Below, piece after piece: positions 17,874-28,153 of a stretch of DNA of 64,000 nt. Where the stretch lies: contig OZ242005.1 of the NCBI GenBank assembly GCA_965204725.1, positions 1,344,001 to 1,408,000 of the forward strand, given 5' to 3'. The stretch is from Candidatus Latescibacterota bacterium. GTDB lineage: Bacteria; Latescibacterota; UBA2968; UBA8231. Under the pieces are notes generated by a model. It was not told where the DNA came from and did not search any database. It saw nothing but the letters and a program-made list of their open reading frames with translations. Position 1 is the stretch's first letter. Each line of letters begins with the position of its first letter. The translations under genes were made by a program, and so were the position numbers.

Positions 17874-19457
17874 TCATAGTCCCGACGGTTCGCTCGGCCC
17901 TAGATCGGCGTCTTGGCCGCGGTGGAAATTGCGCCCCATCAGGTATTTTACATCCAGTTCCACGTCGCGCACAAAAATCTCCGGCAGCGCTTGGGCGTCT
18001 CGCCGCACCAGTTCGACTGCGAGCGCGTTGTTGCCCTTTTTCGGCCAGTGTTTGGCGTCCAGCCTAAACGCGTACCAATACCCCGATCCCGTGCGATAGC
18101 GCGGTGCCGACATGCGGTACAATTCGTTGATCTTGCGCAACAGGTGGGCGGGCAATTCCCGGCCGTTGAGATAGAATTTTAGCCGGTCGCGCTCGGTGTG
18201 GCCCATCACCCGCACCCGCAGCAACACTTCGTGGACTCGGCCAACCTTTGCCCAACGCCGCAAATCGTCGCTGACCGACAAGGTGACGGAAGCCGGGCGG
18301 CCCTTTTGCAAATAGGCCGGTAGCTGCATAGTCGTCCCCGGCTCGGTGGTGGGATTGGGGAAGCGGCCGGTTGTGGTCGGTACGTAGTAAATTTTGTCGC
18401 GGGCGGCCATGACCTCGGGATAGGGCAATTCCCGCAGCTTCTCGTAGAAGGAGGCTTGGTACGGCCAATTCCCGAACCAGTGCGCCAAGTATAGGCCATC
18501 GACGCCTTGCGCCCAAAAGTTGCAGGCGGCCCCGCGCACCATCTCAATGGTCGCCTCCCCCAAGCGATCGGAATCTACGTGACTTTGCAAGGCCGCCAAC
18601 ACCCGGCAGCCCGTGCCTTCGGCCGCCGCAACCAAGGGCCGGAAATCAATGGTCGAATCGAGCAGTTCGGGGCCGGAAAACGCCTGGCCGATTAGCACCT
18701 CGACCAGCCCTTGGCGCAACCACGCGGCGACATCCATGCCGACCGCATAGCACCCCTCCATGCTGTGGGGAATGCGGATGGCCAGTTCGCGTTGCTTCCC
18801 GCTCCGCTTGACAGCGCGATGCACCTCGGCCACCCACTCGGTCATGATCTCGCGGCCCGCGGCGACTTCGTCTGGGTGGAAGTAGTAGGGCTGGTAGTTC
18901 ATCTGGAGCTCAAAGCCATCGACCGGATACTTTTCTAGGGTCTCGGCAATCAGGGCCAAGCGCTCGTCGCGGACTGCTCGGTGCTTGAAGTCGAGACAAG
19001 TGCGGCCGGGAAAGTTGTCGGGCACGCCGTCTTGCGCGCCGATTTCGAGCTGGGCGTTGTCAAAGCGGAAGTCCGAGCAGCGCACGTCCTCTTCCCGCGG
19101 CCCCCGGCCCTGCTGCACCAACAGCGTCGGATAGACCTGCTTGCCGTACTGGTGGGCGCGATCGCAAATCAGGCGCAGGGGATCGTGCCCCTTGCGGATT
19201 AGGTCGCGGGCGTTTTGGTGGGCGCGGCGAAAAATCAAATGGGGCCACCGCTTCACATTGTGGCCCCACAACTCCCCGACCTCGCTGTCGTGCAGCACGG
19301 TGCGACCGTCGCCGAGGCAAAACATGATGGCCTCGACCGGCGTACCCAACAGCTCATCGACTCCCTGCTCGTATTCTTCTTTTTGCATCGGCGGCTCGTA
19401 CATGTAAATCAGCGGGTGCCGGCCGTCGTGGTAAAACATGATTTTGGGCTTGGGCAT
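17874..19457 (-). CDS. GHL10/DUF187-like TIM-barrel protein (putative glycoside hydrolase)
   Basis: G.DPL, LDFKHRAVRD..L, YPVDGFEL, GMDV..W, GVDGLY. Paralogous to 22710-24260. Confidence 0.65.
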   Translation of the reverse strand: MPKPKIMFYHDGRHPLIYMYEPPMQKEEYEQGVDELLGTPVEAIMFCLGDGRTVLHDSEVGELWGHNVKRWPHLIFRRAHQNARDLIRKGHDPLRLICDRAHQYGKQVYPTLLVQQGRGPREEDVRCSDFRFDNAQLEIGAQDGVPDNFPGRTCLDFKHRAVRDERLALIAETLEKYPVDGFELQMNYQPYYFHPDEVAAGREIMTEWVAEVHRAVKRSGKQRELAIRIPHSMEGCYAVGMDVAAWLRQGLVEVLIGQAFSGPELLDSTIDFRPLVAAAEGTGCRVLAALQSHVDSDRLGEATIEMVRGAACNFWAQGVDGLYLAHWFGNWPYQASFYEKLRELPYPEVMAARDKIYYVPTTTGRFPNPTTEPGTTMQLPAYLQKGRPASVTLSVSDDLRRWAKVGRVHEVLLRVRVMGHTERDRLKFYLNGRELPAHLLRKINELYRMSAPRYRTGSGYWYAFRLDAKHWPKKGNNALAVELVRRDAQALPEIFVRDVELDVKYLMGRNFHRGQDADLGPSEPSGL

Positions 19458-19469
19458 GGTCTGGCTCCT

Positions 19470-20573
19470 TTAGGTCCAGTGGCGCGAATTGGGCACGACC
19501 ACCCAGGCCGATCCTTGGGTGATCGACTGTTGGCTGACGAGGCCGGGCAAGGTCATGTCCATCGCCAAGTCGATGTCAATGGCCGGTGCCTTTTCTCCGC
19601 GGATGGCCGCGACAAAGTCCTGTACCTCCCAATAGTCGCCGCCGCCGTGCCCGGCGGCGAGGGCTTCTGCCGGCGGATGCTGCCAGTGATCCGGCAAAAA
19701 TTCCGCCAAGGCTTCCAAAGGCTCCCAGCGCGGCTGGGCGCTGCGGCTACGCAGCCAGATTTTGGCCGCGGCCGCAAAGCCGTCGCCCGACTCGTACGCG
19801 CCATCCGTCCCCTGCAACGCATAATGCGTCATCTGGTGCGGCCGGTCCGAGAGCATATCGACCCGGATGTGCGCCAGCCCGCCGCCCGAGAGCCGGCATA
19901 TCATGGTCACCGAATCCTCCATTTCGTATAAAGCACCGCGCGGGTCGCGGTAGTGGTGCCCGGTGCCCATGGCGCAGACCGCGACCACCCGCTGCCCGGC
20001 AAACCACGTCAGCACCGGCCCTAAGCTGTGCGTGGCATAGGTGCAGCCATTGACGCCCGTCTGCCAGCGCCGCCGCCAAGGCGTGGTCTCGTTGAGTTGT
20101 TTCAGTTCATGGATATAGGCTCCTTCGGCGTAGTACAGGTCGCCGAAAAAGCCGCGCTCGACCAGCGCACTTATTAGCGCGTTGGACTGGGTGTACACGT
20201 AGTTCTCGGCCATCATATAGACGGCTCGGCTGCGCCGCGCGGTGCGCGTCAAATCGCGGCACTCCGCCACCGACACCCCGGCCGTCACCTCGCTGAGCAC
20301 GTGGATGTCGCGCTCTAAGGCCGCGATGGCCTGAGGCGTGTGCCACGGCATGGGCGTACCCACGACAACCGCATCTACCCCCCCGGCGTCCAGCATTTCG
20401 TCGGCATCCGTGAAAATTTGTTCGACGCCCAACTCGGCCGCGTGGCGCTCAACCGCTTCCGCACGGATGTCGCACAGCGCGGTGATCTCTGTGGCTGGAT
20501 GGGCCAGCAGGGTGGGGATAAAACCGCTGCCGCGGCCGGCGGCCCCTACGATGCCAAAGCGTATTTTGTCCAT
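19470..20573 (-). CDS. Gfo/Idh/MocA family oxidoreductase
   Basis: IRFGIVGAAGRG, GTPMPWH, LSEV, YMMAENY, YATHSLGP, GHGGGD. Confidence 0.9.
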   Translation of the reverse strand: MDKIRFGIVGAAGRGSGFIPTLLAHPATEITALCDIRAEAVERHAAELGVEQIFTDADEMLDAGGVDAVVVGTPMPWHTPQAIAALERDIHVLSEVTAGVSVAECRDLTRTARRSRAVYMMAENYVYTQSNALISALVERGFFGDLYYAEGAYIHELKQLNETTPWRRRWQTGVNGCTYATHSLGPVLTWFAGQRVVAVCAMGTGHHYRDPRGALYEMEDSVTMICRLSGGGLAHIRVDMLSDRPHQMTHYALQGTDGAYESGDGFAAAAKIWLRSRSAQPRWEPLEALAEFLPDHWQHPPAEALAAGHGGGDYWEVQDFVAAIRGEKAPAIDIDLAMDMTLPGLVSQQSITQGSAWVVVPNSRHWT

Positions 20574-20656
20574 TGCCTCAATCGTTTGACAACCGGCCTG
20601 AGCGGCCGTACTGTTGTAAGCCCTTTATCCAACCCATTCCCCACAGGAGGAACATC

Positions 20657-21091
20657 ATGGCCATCATACCTAACATTAGTTCGGACGTCGCCGGGCCGCT
20701 CGGTGCAATTCACCTGCCTCGCCTGTGGTCCAAGCTGCGCCTGAGCGCGGCCGGCGAACTGCCGGCCGACTACCCGGAATGCGGCGCGGGCTTCGACCAG
20801 ATGGTTCTCGACGGTCTCGGCATCGACCGCGACGCGGCCGTGCGCTATGTCAAGGACAACAAGGCCAGCTACACCGAATTTGAAAACTGGGTCAAGGCCC
20901 AGCGCGGCGGCTCCGTTCCCCAGAGCGAAATCGACGCTTCCAACGCCGCCATCCGCGGCTACAACCACGACGACGAGACCCGCGGCAGCATCCTCAACGC
21001 CGCTGGCCTCAGCGACGACGGCAGCATCCTCGACGCCGTCAACCTCAACAACCTCGACGACTGGACTGAACTGCACAACGCCCTGAGCTAA
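20657..21091 (+). CDS. DUF5069-like small protein
   Basis: AGGAGG RBS. GPLGAIHLPRLW.K, G.LP.DY..CG.GFD..VL..LGID. Strong codon bias. Confidence 0.75.
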   Translation: MAIIPNISSDVAGPLGAIHLPRLWSKLRLSAAGELPADYPECGAGFDQMVLDGLGIDRDAAVRYVKDNKASYTEFENWVKAQRGGSVPQSEIDASNAAIRGYNHDDETRGSILNAAGLSDDGSILDAVNLNNLDDWTELHNALS

Positions 21092-21116
21092 CAGGACGGG
21101 TCCCACTCGCCTGCCG

Positions 21117-21150
21117 GCCCGCTTCCTCTCTTTGGAGGCGGGCTGTCTTG
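21117..21150 (+). terminator. Probable intrinsic terminator
   Basis: GCCCGCTTCC-loop-GGAGGCGGGC hairpin followed by a pyrimidine-rich tract, about 25 nt after the stop. Confidence 0.5.
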
Positions 21151-21273
21151 TCTCTTCTCGCTCGCCTATTCATATCGCCTTTTGGCCGGGCTGTCAACGC
21201 CCTTGATAGCCCTCTACTAAATTTGTACCTTGTGCCACCCACTCCTCGGCCCCTCGGTGAAAGCGAGTCTGAG

Positions 21274-22404
21274 ATGAAATTCGACGTCGTCGCACTGACC
21301 AAGGCAATAGTCGCCTATCCCTCGGAAAGCCAAACCAGCAACGTCGAAGTCACCCAGCACATCGCCGGGGTCTTAAGCCAGCTTGGGTTCCAGCTAGAAG
21401 AGGTGCCCTACACGGATGCGGCGGGCGTGGCCAAGCTCTCCATCGTCGGCAAGCTGGGCACTGGCGAGGGGGGGCTGGCCCTGATGAGCCACGACGACGT
21501 CGTCCCTGCTAATCCCGCCGATGGCTGGCACCGCGATCCCTACGATTCCTACGAGGCCAACGGCAGGCTCTACGGCCGCGGTGCCTGCGACATGAAAGGC
21601 CCCTTGGCCGCTTCGATTTGCGCGGCCGCCCGCTTCAAGGCCGCCGATCTCACCGCCCCGCTCTACATCGTCGTCACGGCGGACGAGGAAGTCCACGCTG
21701 TCGGCGCCCAAAAAGTCACGGCTCACTCCAAGCTCTTTGCCGAGGCCAGCCTCGGCTGCGGCATTATCTGCGAGCCGACCAGCCTCCGCGTCGTTCACGC
21801 CCACAAAGGCTCGCTCGCCATCCAAGTCACCGCCAAAGGACGCCCCGCGCACACCAGCACCTTGAAGGGCATCAACGCCAACCTCAAAATGATTCCCTTT
21901 CTCGCGGAGATGAAGCAATTCAACGAGGAGGTGCTCAGCGCACACCGCTACCGCAACGAGGAGTTCGCGCCGCCGCATTCCGAGTGGTGCATCGGCATCA
22001 ACGACCACAACCGCGCCACCAACATCTCCCCCGCCCAGAGCATCTGCACCCTCAACTACCGCCCCATGCCCGGCATCGACGTCGAGGATTTGATCGACAA
22101 AACCCGCAAAAGCGCACAAAAGCACGGCCTCGACTTCGAGCTCAAGCACCGCGGCGAGCCGCTCTATACTGCGGTGGACGCCCCGCTGGTCCGCACGGCG
22201 CTAGAGCTAACGGGCCACCCCGAACCCACCACGGTAGCCTATGGCACCGACGGCATGGCTTTTGTCGAGAAGATGAAACAAATGATCGTCCTCGGCCCGG
22301 GCGACATTGCCCAAGCCCACACCGCCAACGAATGGATCTCTCTCGACCAACTACACGCCAGCGTTGATCTCTACGCCCGCTTCATCGAGCATATATGCGC
22401 TTAG
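21274..22404 (+). CDS. M20 metallopeptidase, acetylornithine deacetylase (ArgE)-like
   Basis: SHDDVVP, GRGACDMKG, ADEEV, CEPT, HKG, GPGDI.QAHT.NEW. Confidence 0.85.
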   Translation: MKFDVVALTKAIVAYPSESQTSNVEVTQHIAGVLSQLGFQLEEVPYTDAAGVAKLSIVGKLGTGEGGLALMSHDDVVPANPADGWHRDPYDSYEANGRLYGRGACDMKGPLAASICAAARFKAADLTAPLYIVVTADEEVHAVGAQKVTAHSKLFAEASLGCGIICEPTSLRVVHAHKGSLAIQVTAKGRPAHTSTLKGINANLKMIPFLAEMKQFNEEVLSAHRYRNEEFAPPHSEWCIGINDHNRATNISPAQSICTLNYRPMPGIDVEDLIDKTRKSAQKHGLDFELKHRGEPLYTAVDAPLVRTALELTGHPEPTTVAYGTDGMAFVEKMKQMIVLGPGDIAQAHTANEWISLDQLHASVDLYARFIEHICA

Positions 22405-22555
22405 GGGATGGAGATTCGCAAAACCGCGGCCCCCACGTGCAAGCCGGCAAAGAGCGTCAGCGGGCCGGTGCAGTCCTGCATACTGACCGGGACGTACTGG
22501 ATGGCCGCTTGATCAAAGGGCCAGACCTTTAACCCGCTATAGCTCAGCGCGACCA

Positions 22556-22684
22556 ACTGTCGCTGGGGGGCGCGAGATGACGCTAGACCACCTTGAAAAC
22601 AAAATCATCCGCCCGACCTACCAAGAGCCGCGCATTCACTTTGCGGTCAACTGCGCGGCCCTTAGCTGCCCACAACTCCGCAAG
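22556..22684 (+). pseudogene. Internal fragment of a DUF547-family gene
   Basis: Manual translation [42 protein letters not shown] matches the DUF547 core (LD.IE..ILR....PRIHFA.NCA..SCP.L). No N- or C-terminal remainder. Confidence 0.72.
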
Positions 22685-22709
22685 GCTCGAAGGCGTGTAC
22701 GATCACCTG

Positions 22710-24260
22710 TCAAGCCTCATAGCGGATGACCAACTCGATGTCGGTCAGTAGCAAGTCGCAGGCAAGTTGGGGGTGGCGTTGCAAGAGGACGACATCTAAG
22801 CGATGGAGGCCGCGGGCGGCTTGGTCGGCCGTGAGTGCAAAGCAGTGCCAAGCGGCGGCGCTGACATCGGCGATGGGTTGAGGATTGCCGTCGTGGCAAT
22901 AGCTGATATCCGGGTCGGCCAATACCGCGCCGTCCCAGCAGCAGCGAAGCTGGTCGCCGACAACCCAATCCTGTAGCCGCAGACGTAGCGTAAGGGTCGT
23001 CGGCGGGTCTGTGCTCAGGTCGTCGGCGAGGTCGAAGTCGAAGTGGGGGCCGGTCTCGTGCAAAGTCGGGTAGAGAGGAACGGGTAGGGTGCCGCGCAGG
23101 CGGTCGTGCTGGTACGCGCCGCGCCAAGGGCCGGTCTTTTGCCGGAAGCGGTGAGTCGCGCTATAGAGCTTGCTCTGGCGGCGCAGGGTCTGAACCGCGC
23201 CCACTTGGGTTAGCAACTCGCGCTTTGAGTCGCGGTCGGCGTGCCAGTTGAAGGCGTATATACCGGTCGCACCTTGGCGGTGATACTGCATGGCCGTGGC
23301 TTTGGTGCGCATGGGGTGGCGGCGCGATTCGCCTTCGGGACCGGCCGCCGGGCCGGGGACGCCGCTGTCAAAACCCGGATAGACCGCGATGTCCCCGTCG
23401 GCGCAGAGCGCGCGAAAGGCACGGACCTCAATGGCCGGATCAGTGCCGGCCGCACCGGCCGGGATCAGAATATCGACGAGATTTTCCTTGGCCCAAGTCT
23501 CCACGTCGTAGCCAATGCGGTGACAGCCCTCAATGGAGCCGGCGACGCGGGCCGCTAGGTAGAAGGGACGGCCGCGCTGTTGGGCTAGTTCGGTGGTTAG
23601 TTGCCGCGCCGCCCGCATGAAGTCGGTGAGGACGTAGCGCAGGCGATAGCCATGGTCGGCGGGGAAGTGGAAGGGGTGGCGTTGCCAGTCGAGTTCGACG
23701 CCGTCCCAAGGGTAGTTTTGGCAGACTTCGCGCAAGTGCTGGAAGCGATTTTCGCGCACTTGGGGGATGGCCATATTCCACGACAGGGCAAACCACTCCT
23801 CGGTATCCTCGCCGAGGAGCCATTCGGGGTGGTCTTGGCGCAGTTGGGTCAGTTCGGTGTGGTGCAGGGTCTGAAGGTCGCTTAGCTGCGCGCCGTTGAA
23901 GTGATTGTCGTTCATGCGCAGCGAGGCATACACGTGCAGGCCGAGTTGGTGGCCGCGGTCAATGAGTGCCTCGTGGGGATCTTCGCCGCGCTCCAACATG
24001 CGGCGAATGTTTTCGGTGTGCGTGTACGTGGCGGCGTTCTCATAGCGGCGCTGGTGCATGTCGCCGAGCAGTTCGAGCGCGTCGCTTGGCCAGCGGGTGG
24101 CGTGTTCGCCCACGCACCAAAACAAGGCGCCGACTTGGGTATCTTCGAGGGGGGCGTACACCTTGTCGAGAAAGGCGTCCATGGACTGGGGAACGGGCGA
24201 GTACCCGTGCGGTGCGCTGTCCCAGTTGTAGATGATGCCGTAGTCTGCGGGGTCGGCCAT
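22710..24260 (-). CDS. GHL10/DUF187-like TIM-barrel protein (putative glycoside hydrolase)
   Basis: [41 protein letters not shown]. Confidence 0.7.
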   Translation of the reverse strand: MADPADYGIIYNWDSAPHGYSPVPQSMDAFLDKVYAPLEDTQVGALFWCVGEHATRWPSDALELLGDMHQRRYENAATYTHTENIRRMLERGEDPHEALIDRGHQLGLHVYASLRMNDNHFNGAQLSDLQTLHHTELTQLRQDHPEWLLGEDTEEWFALSWNMAIPQVRENRFQHLREVCQNYPWDGVELDWQRHPFHFPADHGYRLRYVLTDFMRAARQLTTELAQQRGRPFYLAARVAGSIEGCHRIGYDVETWAKENLVDILIPAGAAGTDPAIEVRAFRALCADGDIAVYPGFDSGVPGPAAGPEGESRRHPMRTKATAMQYHRQGATGIYAFNWHADRDSKRELLTQVGAVQTLRRQSKLYSATHRFRQKTGPWRGAYQHDRLRGTLPVPLYPTLHETGPHFDFDLADDLSTDPPTTLTLRLRLQDWVVGDQLRCCWDGAVLADPDISYCHDGNPQPIADVSAAAWHCFALTADQAARGLHRLDVVLLQRHPQLACDLLLTDIELVIRYEA

Positions 24261-24330
24261 GTCTGCTCTGCTCCTTTGCGGGTTTGGCCCAAAGTACGGA
24301 GATTGTCAGGGGCGAGCAATGGAGGCTATT

Positions 24331-24546
24331 ATGGCGACAAAGTGGGTGCTCTGCATGGCGTTGGTCGGTTGCGGCGTGAGCGATCCCCAAGGGCCGACCG
24401 ATCTGCCCAAGGATCCATGGAAGCGCACCGAGCAACAGCGGCTGGAAGCGATTGAGGAACAATGCAGCGGCCCGCTTTGGGAGCGCGGGCTGCTTTGTCC
24501 GCGTGGCGTGGCCGATGCCGATACGACGAAGACGCAAGGTGGGTAA
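24331..24546 (+). CDS. Small hypothetical lipoprotein (71 aa)
   Basis: GGAGG RBS, hydrophobic leader with lipobox LVGC. Ends just before the RBS of the next gene. Confidence 0.6.
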   Translation: MATKWVLCMALVGCGVSDPQGPTDLPKDPWKRTEQQRLEAIEEQCSGPLWERGLLCPRGVADADTTKTQGG

Positions 24547-24559
24547 AGGAGTGTTCGGC

Positions 24560-25714
24560 ATGCAAGACAACGTACTACAGTTCGTTGATGAGCAGCGCCT
24601 GATTGATACGGCCCAAGCGCTGATTGCAGTGCCCAGCCCGACGCTGGACGCCGGCGTAGCGGCGGATGCGTTGGCGTCCATACTGGCGGTTGAGGGGTTT
24701 GCCGTAGAGCGGCCCCCAGCCGATTGGCCGCAAGCACCGGCCGTGGTCGCTCGCCTCGACAGCGGGCACCCCGGGCGGGTATTGCAGTTCGACGGGCACT
24801 TGGACACGGTGCATCTGCCTTTTGTGCCGCCCAAAGTGGAGGATGGCCAGCTCTATGGGTCGGGGGCGTCCGATATGAAGGGAGGAATCGCCGCCTTCGT
24901 CGAGGCACTGCGGGCACTGCGGGATGCGGGCGGACCGACTAAGGGGGCGATCTTGATTACGGCCCATGACCACCACGAAGCGCCTTGGGGCGACCGCCGC
25001 CAGCTTTTGGCCTTGATTCGTGCCGGCTGGGTCGGCGACGGGGTCCTACTGCCGGAGTACTTGGGCGATACCTTGCCGGTCGCCGGGCGCGGCTTGGCCG
25101 TGTTTAGCGTGGCGATCGAGCGCGACGGCTCGCCCGTCCACGAGGTGCTACGGCCCGCCGGGCTGCCGGACGTAGTAGCGGCCGGCGCGGAGGTCGTTTT
25201 GCGGCTGAATGCGCTGAACGAGCCGCTGCGCGAGCAAACCGCGCCCTATGTTGGCAGCGACACGCTGTTTATCGGCCGGATCGAAGGCGGCCAGCTCTAC
25301 AATCAGGTGCCGGTCCAATGCCGCGTCGAAGGGACTCGCCGCTGGGTGACGGCTGGAGCGGCCCCGACCGCACGCCGTGCGATCGAAGCCCTGCTCGCCG
25401 ACATAGCCGCGGCCAGCGGCACTCGCATCCGGCTCGCCGACTGGAACGTGCCCGGCGACGCCTTTGCGCTCGCTCCGAACAGCCCGTTGGTGAGCGCGTT
25501 CCAATCCGCGCACGAGCAGGTGACGGGAAAGCCGCTGCCCTTGGGCGGCAAGCCCTTTATCGACGACGGCAATGTCTTTATGGCGGCCGGGATTGAGGCC
25601 CTAACTCATGGCCCTTGCGCCGTGGGGGCGCACACGACCGACGAGCAGGTGGCGGTGGCCGAATTGGTGCGGGTGGCCAAGGTGTATGCGCTGACGGCGC
25701 AGGCGTTTTGCTAA
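24560..25714 (+). CDS. M20/M25/M40 family metallo-hydrolase
   Basis: AAGGAG RBS. DGHLDTV, GSGASDMKGG, GAHT.DE. The usual DEE motif reads DHHE. Confidence 0.82.
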   Translation: MQDNVLQFVDEQRLIDTAQALIAVPSPTLDAGVAADALASILAVEGFAVERPPADWPQAPAVVARLDSGHPGRVLQFDGHLDTVHLPFVPPKVEDGQLYGSGASDMKGGIAAFVEALRALRDAGGPTKGAILITAHDHHEAPWGDRRQLLALIRAGWVGDGVLLPEYLGDTLPVAGRGLAVFSVAIERDGSPVHEVLRPAGLPDVVAAGAEVVLRLNALNEPLREQTAPYVGSDTLFIGRIEGGQLYNQVPVQCRVEGTRRWVTAGAAPTARRAIEALLADIAAASGTRIRLADWNVPGDAFALAPNSPLVSAFQSAHEQVTGKPLPLGGKPFIDDGNVFMAAGIEALTHGPCAVGAHTTDEQVAVAELVRVAKVYALTAQAFC

Positions 25715-26991
25715 GGGGCTTCAAGGGCGCGCGCCGCGGCCGTGCCTCGCTCCTCATCGACGAATAAGAGGCAGGCCCCGCCGGCGACGAAGAGGACGAC
25801 GATCGACAAAATGCCCACCCGCGGGCTGCCGGTCAGCACCCCAATCCAGCCTATGAGCACTGGGCCGATGACGGCGGCGAACTTGCCCAACATGTTGTAA
25901 AAGCCGAAAAACTCGGCCGCTCGGTCGCGGGGAATGAGCCTTGAATAGAGCGAGCGGCTCAGGGCTTGGACCCCGCCTTGGACGAGGCCGATGGCAATGG
26001 CCAAGGCGTAAAATTCCCACACCGCATCTAAAAAGTAGCCCCACACCGTCGCGGCGATATAGACGGCTAGGCCGATGAAAATCCCCTTGCGAGTGCCCAC
26101 TCGCCCGCCGAGCCAGCCAAAGGCAATGGCCGCGGGGAAGCCCACGAACTGGGTAATGCCCAAGGCGAGGAGCAAGTCGTCGGTGGCCAGGCCCAGCGAC
26201 AGGCCGTAGTCGATGGCCATGCGGATGATGGTATCGACGCCGTCGATGTACAGCCAATAGCCGATGAGAAAGATAAAGGTCGTGCGTAGCTGCCGAATGT
26301 CGCGGCCGGTCGAGATGAGCTGCCGGTAGCCCGCCAAGACCGCGCTCCAGCCGCGGCGACCGCGCTTGGGCGGGGATTCCTCGACCCACAAAAAGAGCGG
26401 CAGCGAAAAGCCAGCCCACCAGACGGCGACCAGCAAAAAGCTCACGCGCACGGCCGCGCTGGCATCGGCCAACCCAAAGGTCGTGGGGTGGAGGACCATC
26501 ACTACGTTGACCGCAAACAGCAAGCCGCCGCCCAGATAGCCGAGGCTGTATCCGAGCGCCGAGACCGAGTCCGATTTGTCGCGGCCGGCCACCTCCACGA
26601 GGAGCGCGTCGTAAAAGGTGTTGCCGCCGGAGAAGCCGATGGCGGCCAAGACATAGACCACCACCGCCAATTCCCACGCGCCTTCGGCGACCCAGTAGAG
26701 GCACCCCGTGGCGAGGACGCCCAAGAAGGCAAAGGCAAAGAGGAACTTGCGCCGGGTGCCGCCTTGGTCGGCAATAGCCCCCAAGAGGGGCGCCAGCAGC
26801 ACGACGATCAGACTGCTGAGCGAGTTGGCCAGCCCCAGTTGGAAGGTGCTCTCGGTGACGTCGCGGCCGGCGCTCCAGTAGGACTTAAAAAACACCGGGA
26901 AGAAGGCGGCTAGGACCGTGGTGGCAAAGGCCGAATTGGCCCAGTCGTACAAGGCCCAAGCGAGGATTGGTTTTTTGGCGTGGGTAGGCAT
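25711..26991 (-). CDS. MFS transporter, UMF1/Atg22-like
   Basis: WALYDWANSAF, GYSLGYLGG, QALSRSLYSRLIP, EFFGFY..GK. Confidence 0.9.
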   Translation of the reverse strand: MPTHAKKPILAWALYDWANSAFATTVLAAFFPVFFKSYWSAGRDVTESTFQLGLANSLSSLIVVLLAPLLGAIADQGGTRRKFLFAFAFLGVLATGCLYWVAEGAWELAVVVYVLAAIGFSGGNTFYDALLVEVAGRDKSDSVSALGYSLGYLGGGLLFAVNVVMVLHPTTFGLADASAAVRVSFLLVAVWWAGFSLPLFLWVEESPPKRGRRGWSAVLAGYRQLISTGRDIRQLRTTFIFLIGYWLYIDGVDTIIRMAIDYGLSLGLATDDLLLALGITQFVGFPAAIAFGWLGGRVGTRKGIFIGLAVYIAATVWGYFLDAVWEFYALAIAIGLVQGGVQALSRSLYSRLIPRDRAAEFFGFYNMLGKFAAVIGPVLIGWIGVLTGSPRVGILSIVVLFVAGGACLLFVDEERGTAAARALEAP

Positions 26992-27118
26992 GGAGTGTTC
27001 GGGGTAAGGGATGATATTAAGATAGTATAAGGCAAAAGGGAGCGGGTTGCCGCTGGGGTGCGCTTGCGATAGTCTCTGACCTGTTCGGCGACCCAATACA
27101 ACAAAGGACGATTTAGCT

Positions 27119-28138
27119 ATGAACGACAAATGGCTGCGTTTTGACGCGGCGACCAACCCTTATGGGCCGTCGCCCAAGGTCCGGGAGGCGCTGGCGGCCT
27201 TTGCTCGCACCGGCGACTTTAGCCGCTACGACGACGAAGAGCGCGCCGAGTCCTTGCGCCGGGATTTGGCCGCGCATTGGGGGCTGTCGCCCGACCATTT
27301 CATAGTGTACAACGGCTCTGGGGAGGCCGTAGTCTGGCTTTTTTTGGCGCGGTTGCTGCTCGAGCAGCAGCGTCTGCTCGTCCCGGCCCCGTCGTACGAG
27401 CGCTTTGTGGCGTTGGGGCAGCGGTGCGCGACCGAAGTGATCCCGGTGCCGCTGGACGAGGCGGACTTTGCGTTGGTCCCCGAGCGCGTTATCGAGGCGG
27501 GTCGGCGGTCGGGTGCGCGGGTGTTGCTGTTGAGCAGCCCCAACAACCCCACGGGCAACCTCCTGTGCGGCAACCGAGAGATGGCGCAGTTGCTCGCGGC
27601 GTTGCCCGACTGTCTGTGCATCGTCGATGAAGCCTATGCAGACTATGCCGGGCACAGCTATGTGCCCTGGGTGCGCGAGCGCGCAAACTTGGTGGTGCTG
27701 CGGACCTTTTCCAAAGCATACGGCTTGGCCGGTTTGCGTATTGGCTATGCCATTGGGCCTAAGCCCGTTATCGCCGCCTTGGGTCAGATGCAGGTTCCTT
27801 GGGCCGTCAATGCGCTGTCGCTGGCTGCGGCGCGGGCCGCGCTGGCCGACCAGTGCTATTTGCATGAGGTCGTCGCCCAGATCCGCCGCGATGGTCAGGT
27901 GTTCTACGAGGGGCTGAACGAGCGGCCGTGGTTGCGAGCCTATCCGAGCGCGGCGAACTTCTTTTGGGTGCGCTGCGAGGGGCTTGGCCCGGCGCGGCTG
28001 CAGGCGGGTTTGGAAAAGCGGCGGATCCGCGCTCGCTGGCGTCAGGACGCGCCCGGCTTCGTGCGGCTCACGTCGCTGCGCCCCCCAGACAACGACTATT
28101 TGCTGGCCGCGCTCGACGAGATCGGGCGGGCAGACTAA
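27119..28138 (+). CDS. PLP-dependent class I/II aminotransferase, histidinol-phosphate aminotransferase-like
   Basis: NPYGPSP, NGSGE, SPNNPTG, VDEAY, RTFSKAYGLAGLRIG, PSAANF. Confidence 0.82.
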   Translation: MNDKWLRFDAATNPYGPSPKVREALAAFARTGDFSRYDDEERAESLRRDLAAHWGLSPDHFIVYNGSGEAVVWLFLARLLLEQQRLLVPAPSYERFVALGQRCATEVIPVPLDEADFALVPERVIEAGRRSGARVLLLSSPNNPTGNLLCGNREMAQLLAALPDCLCIVDEAYADYAGHSYVPWVRERANLVVLRTFSKAYGLAGLRIGYAIGPKPVIAALGQMQVPWAVNALSLAAARAALADQCYLHEVVAQIRRDGQVFYEGLNERPWLRAYPSAANFFWVRCEGLGPARLQAGLEKRRIRARWRQDAPGFVRLTSLRPPDNDYLLAALDEIGRAD

Positions 28139-28153
28139 CACGAGAGGAGCGTT

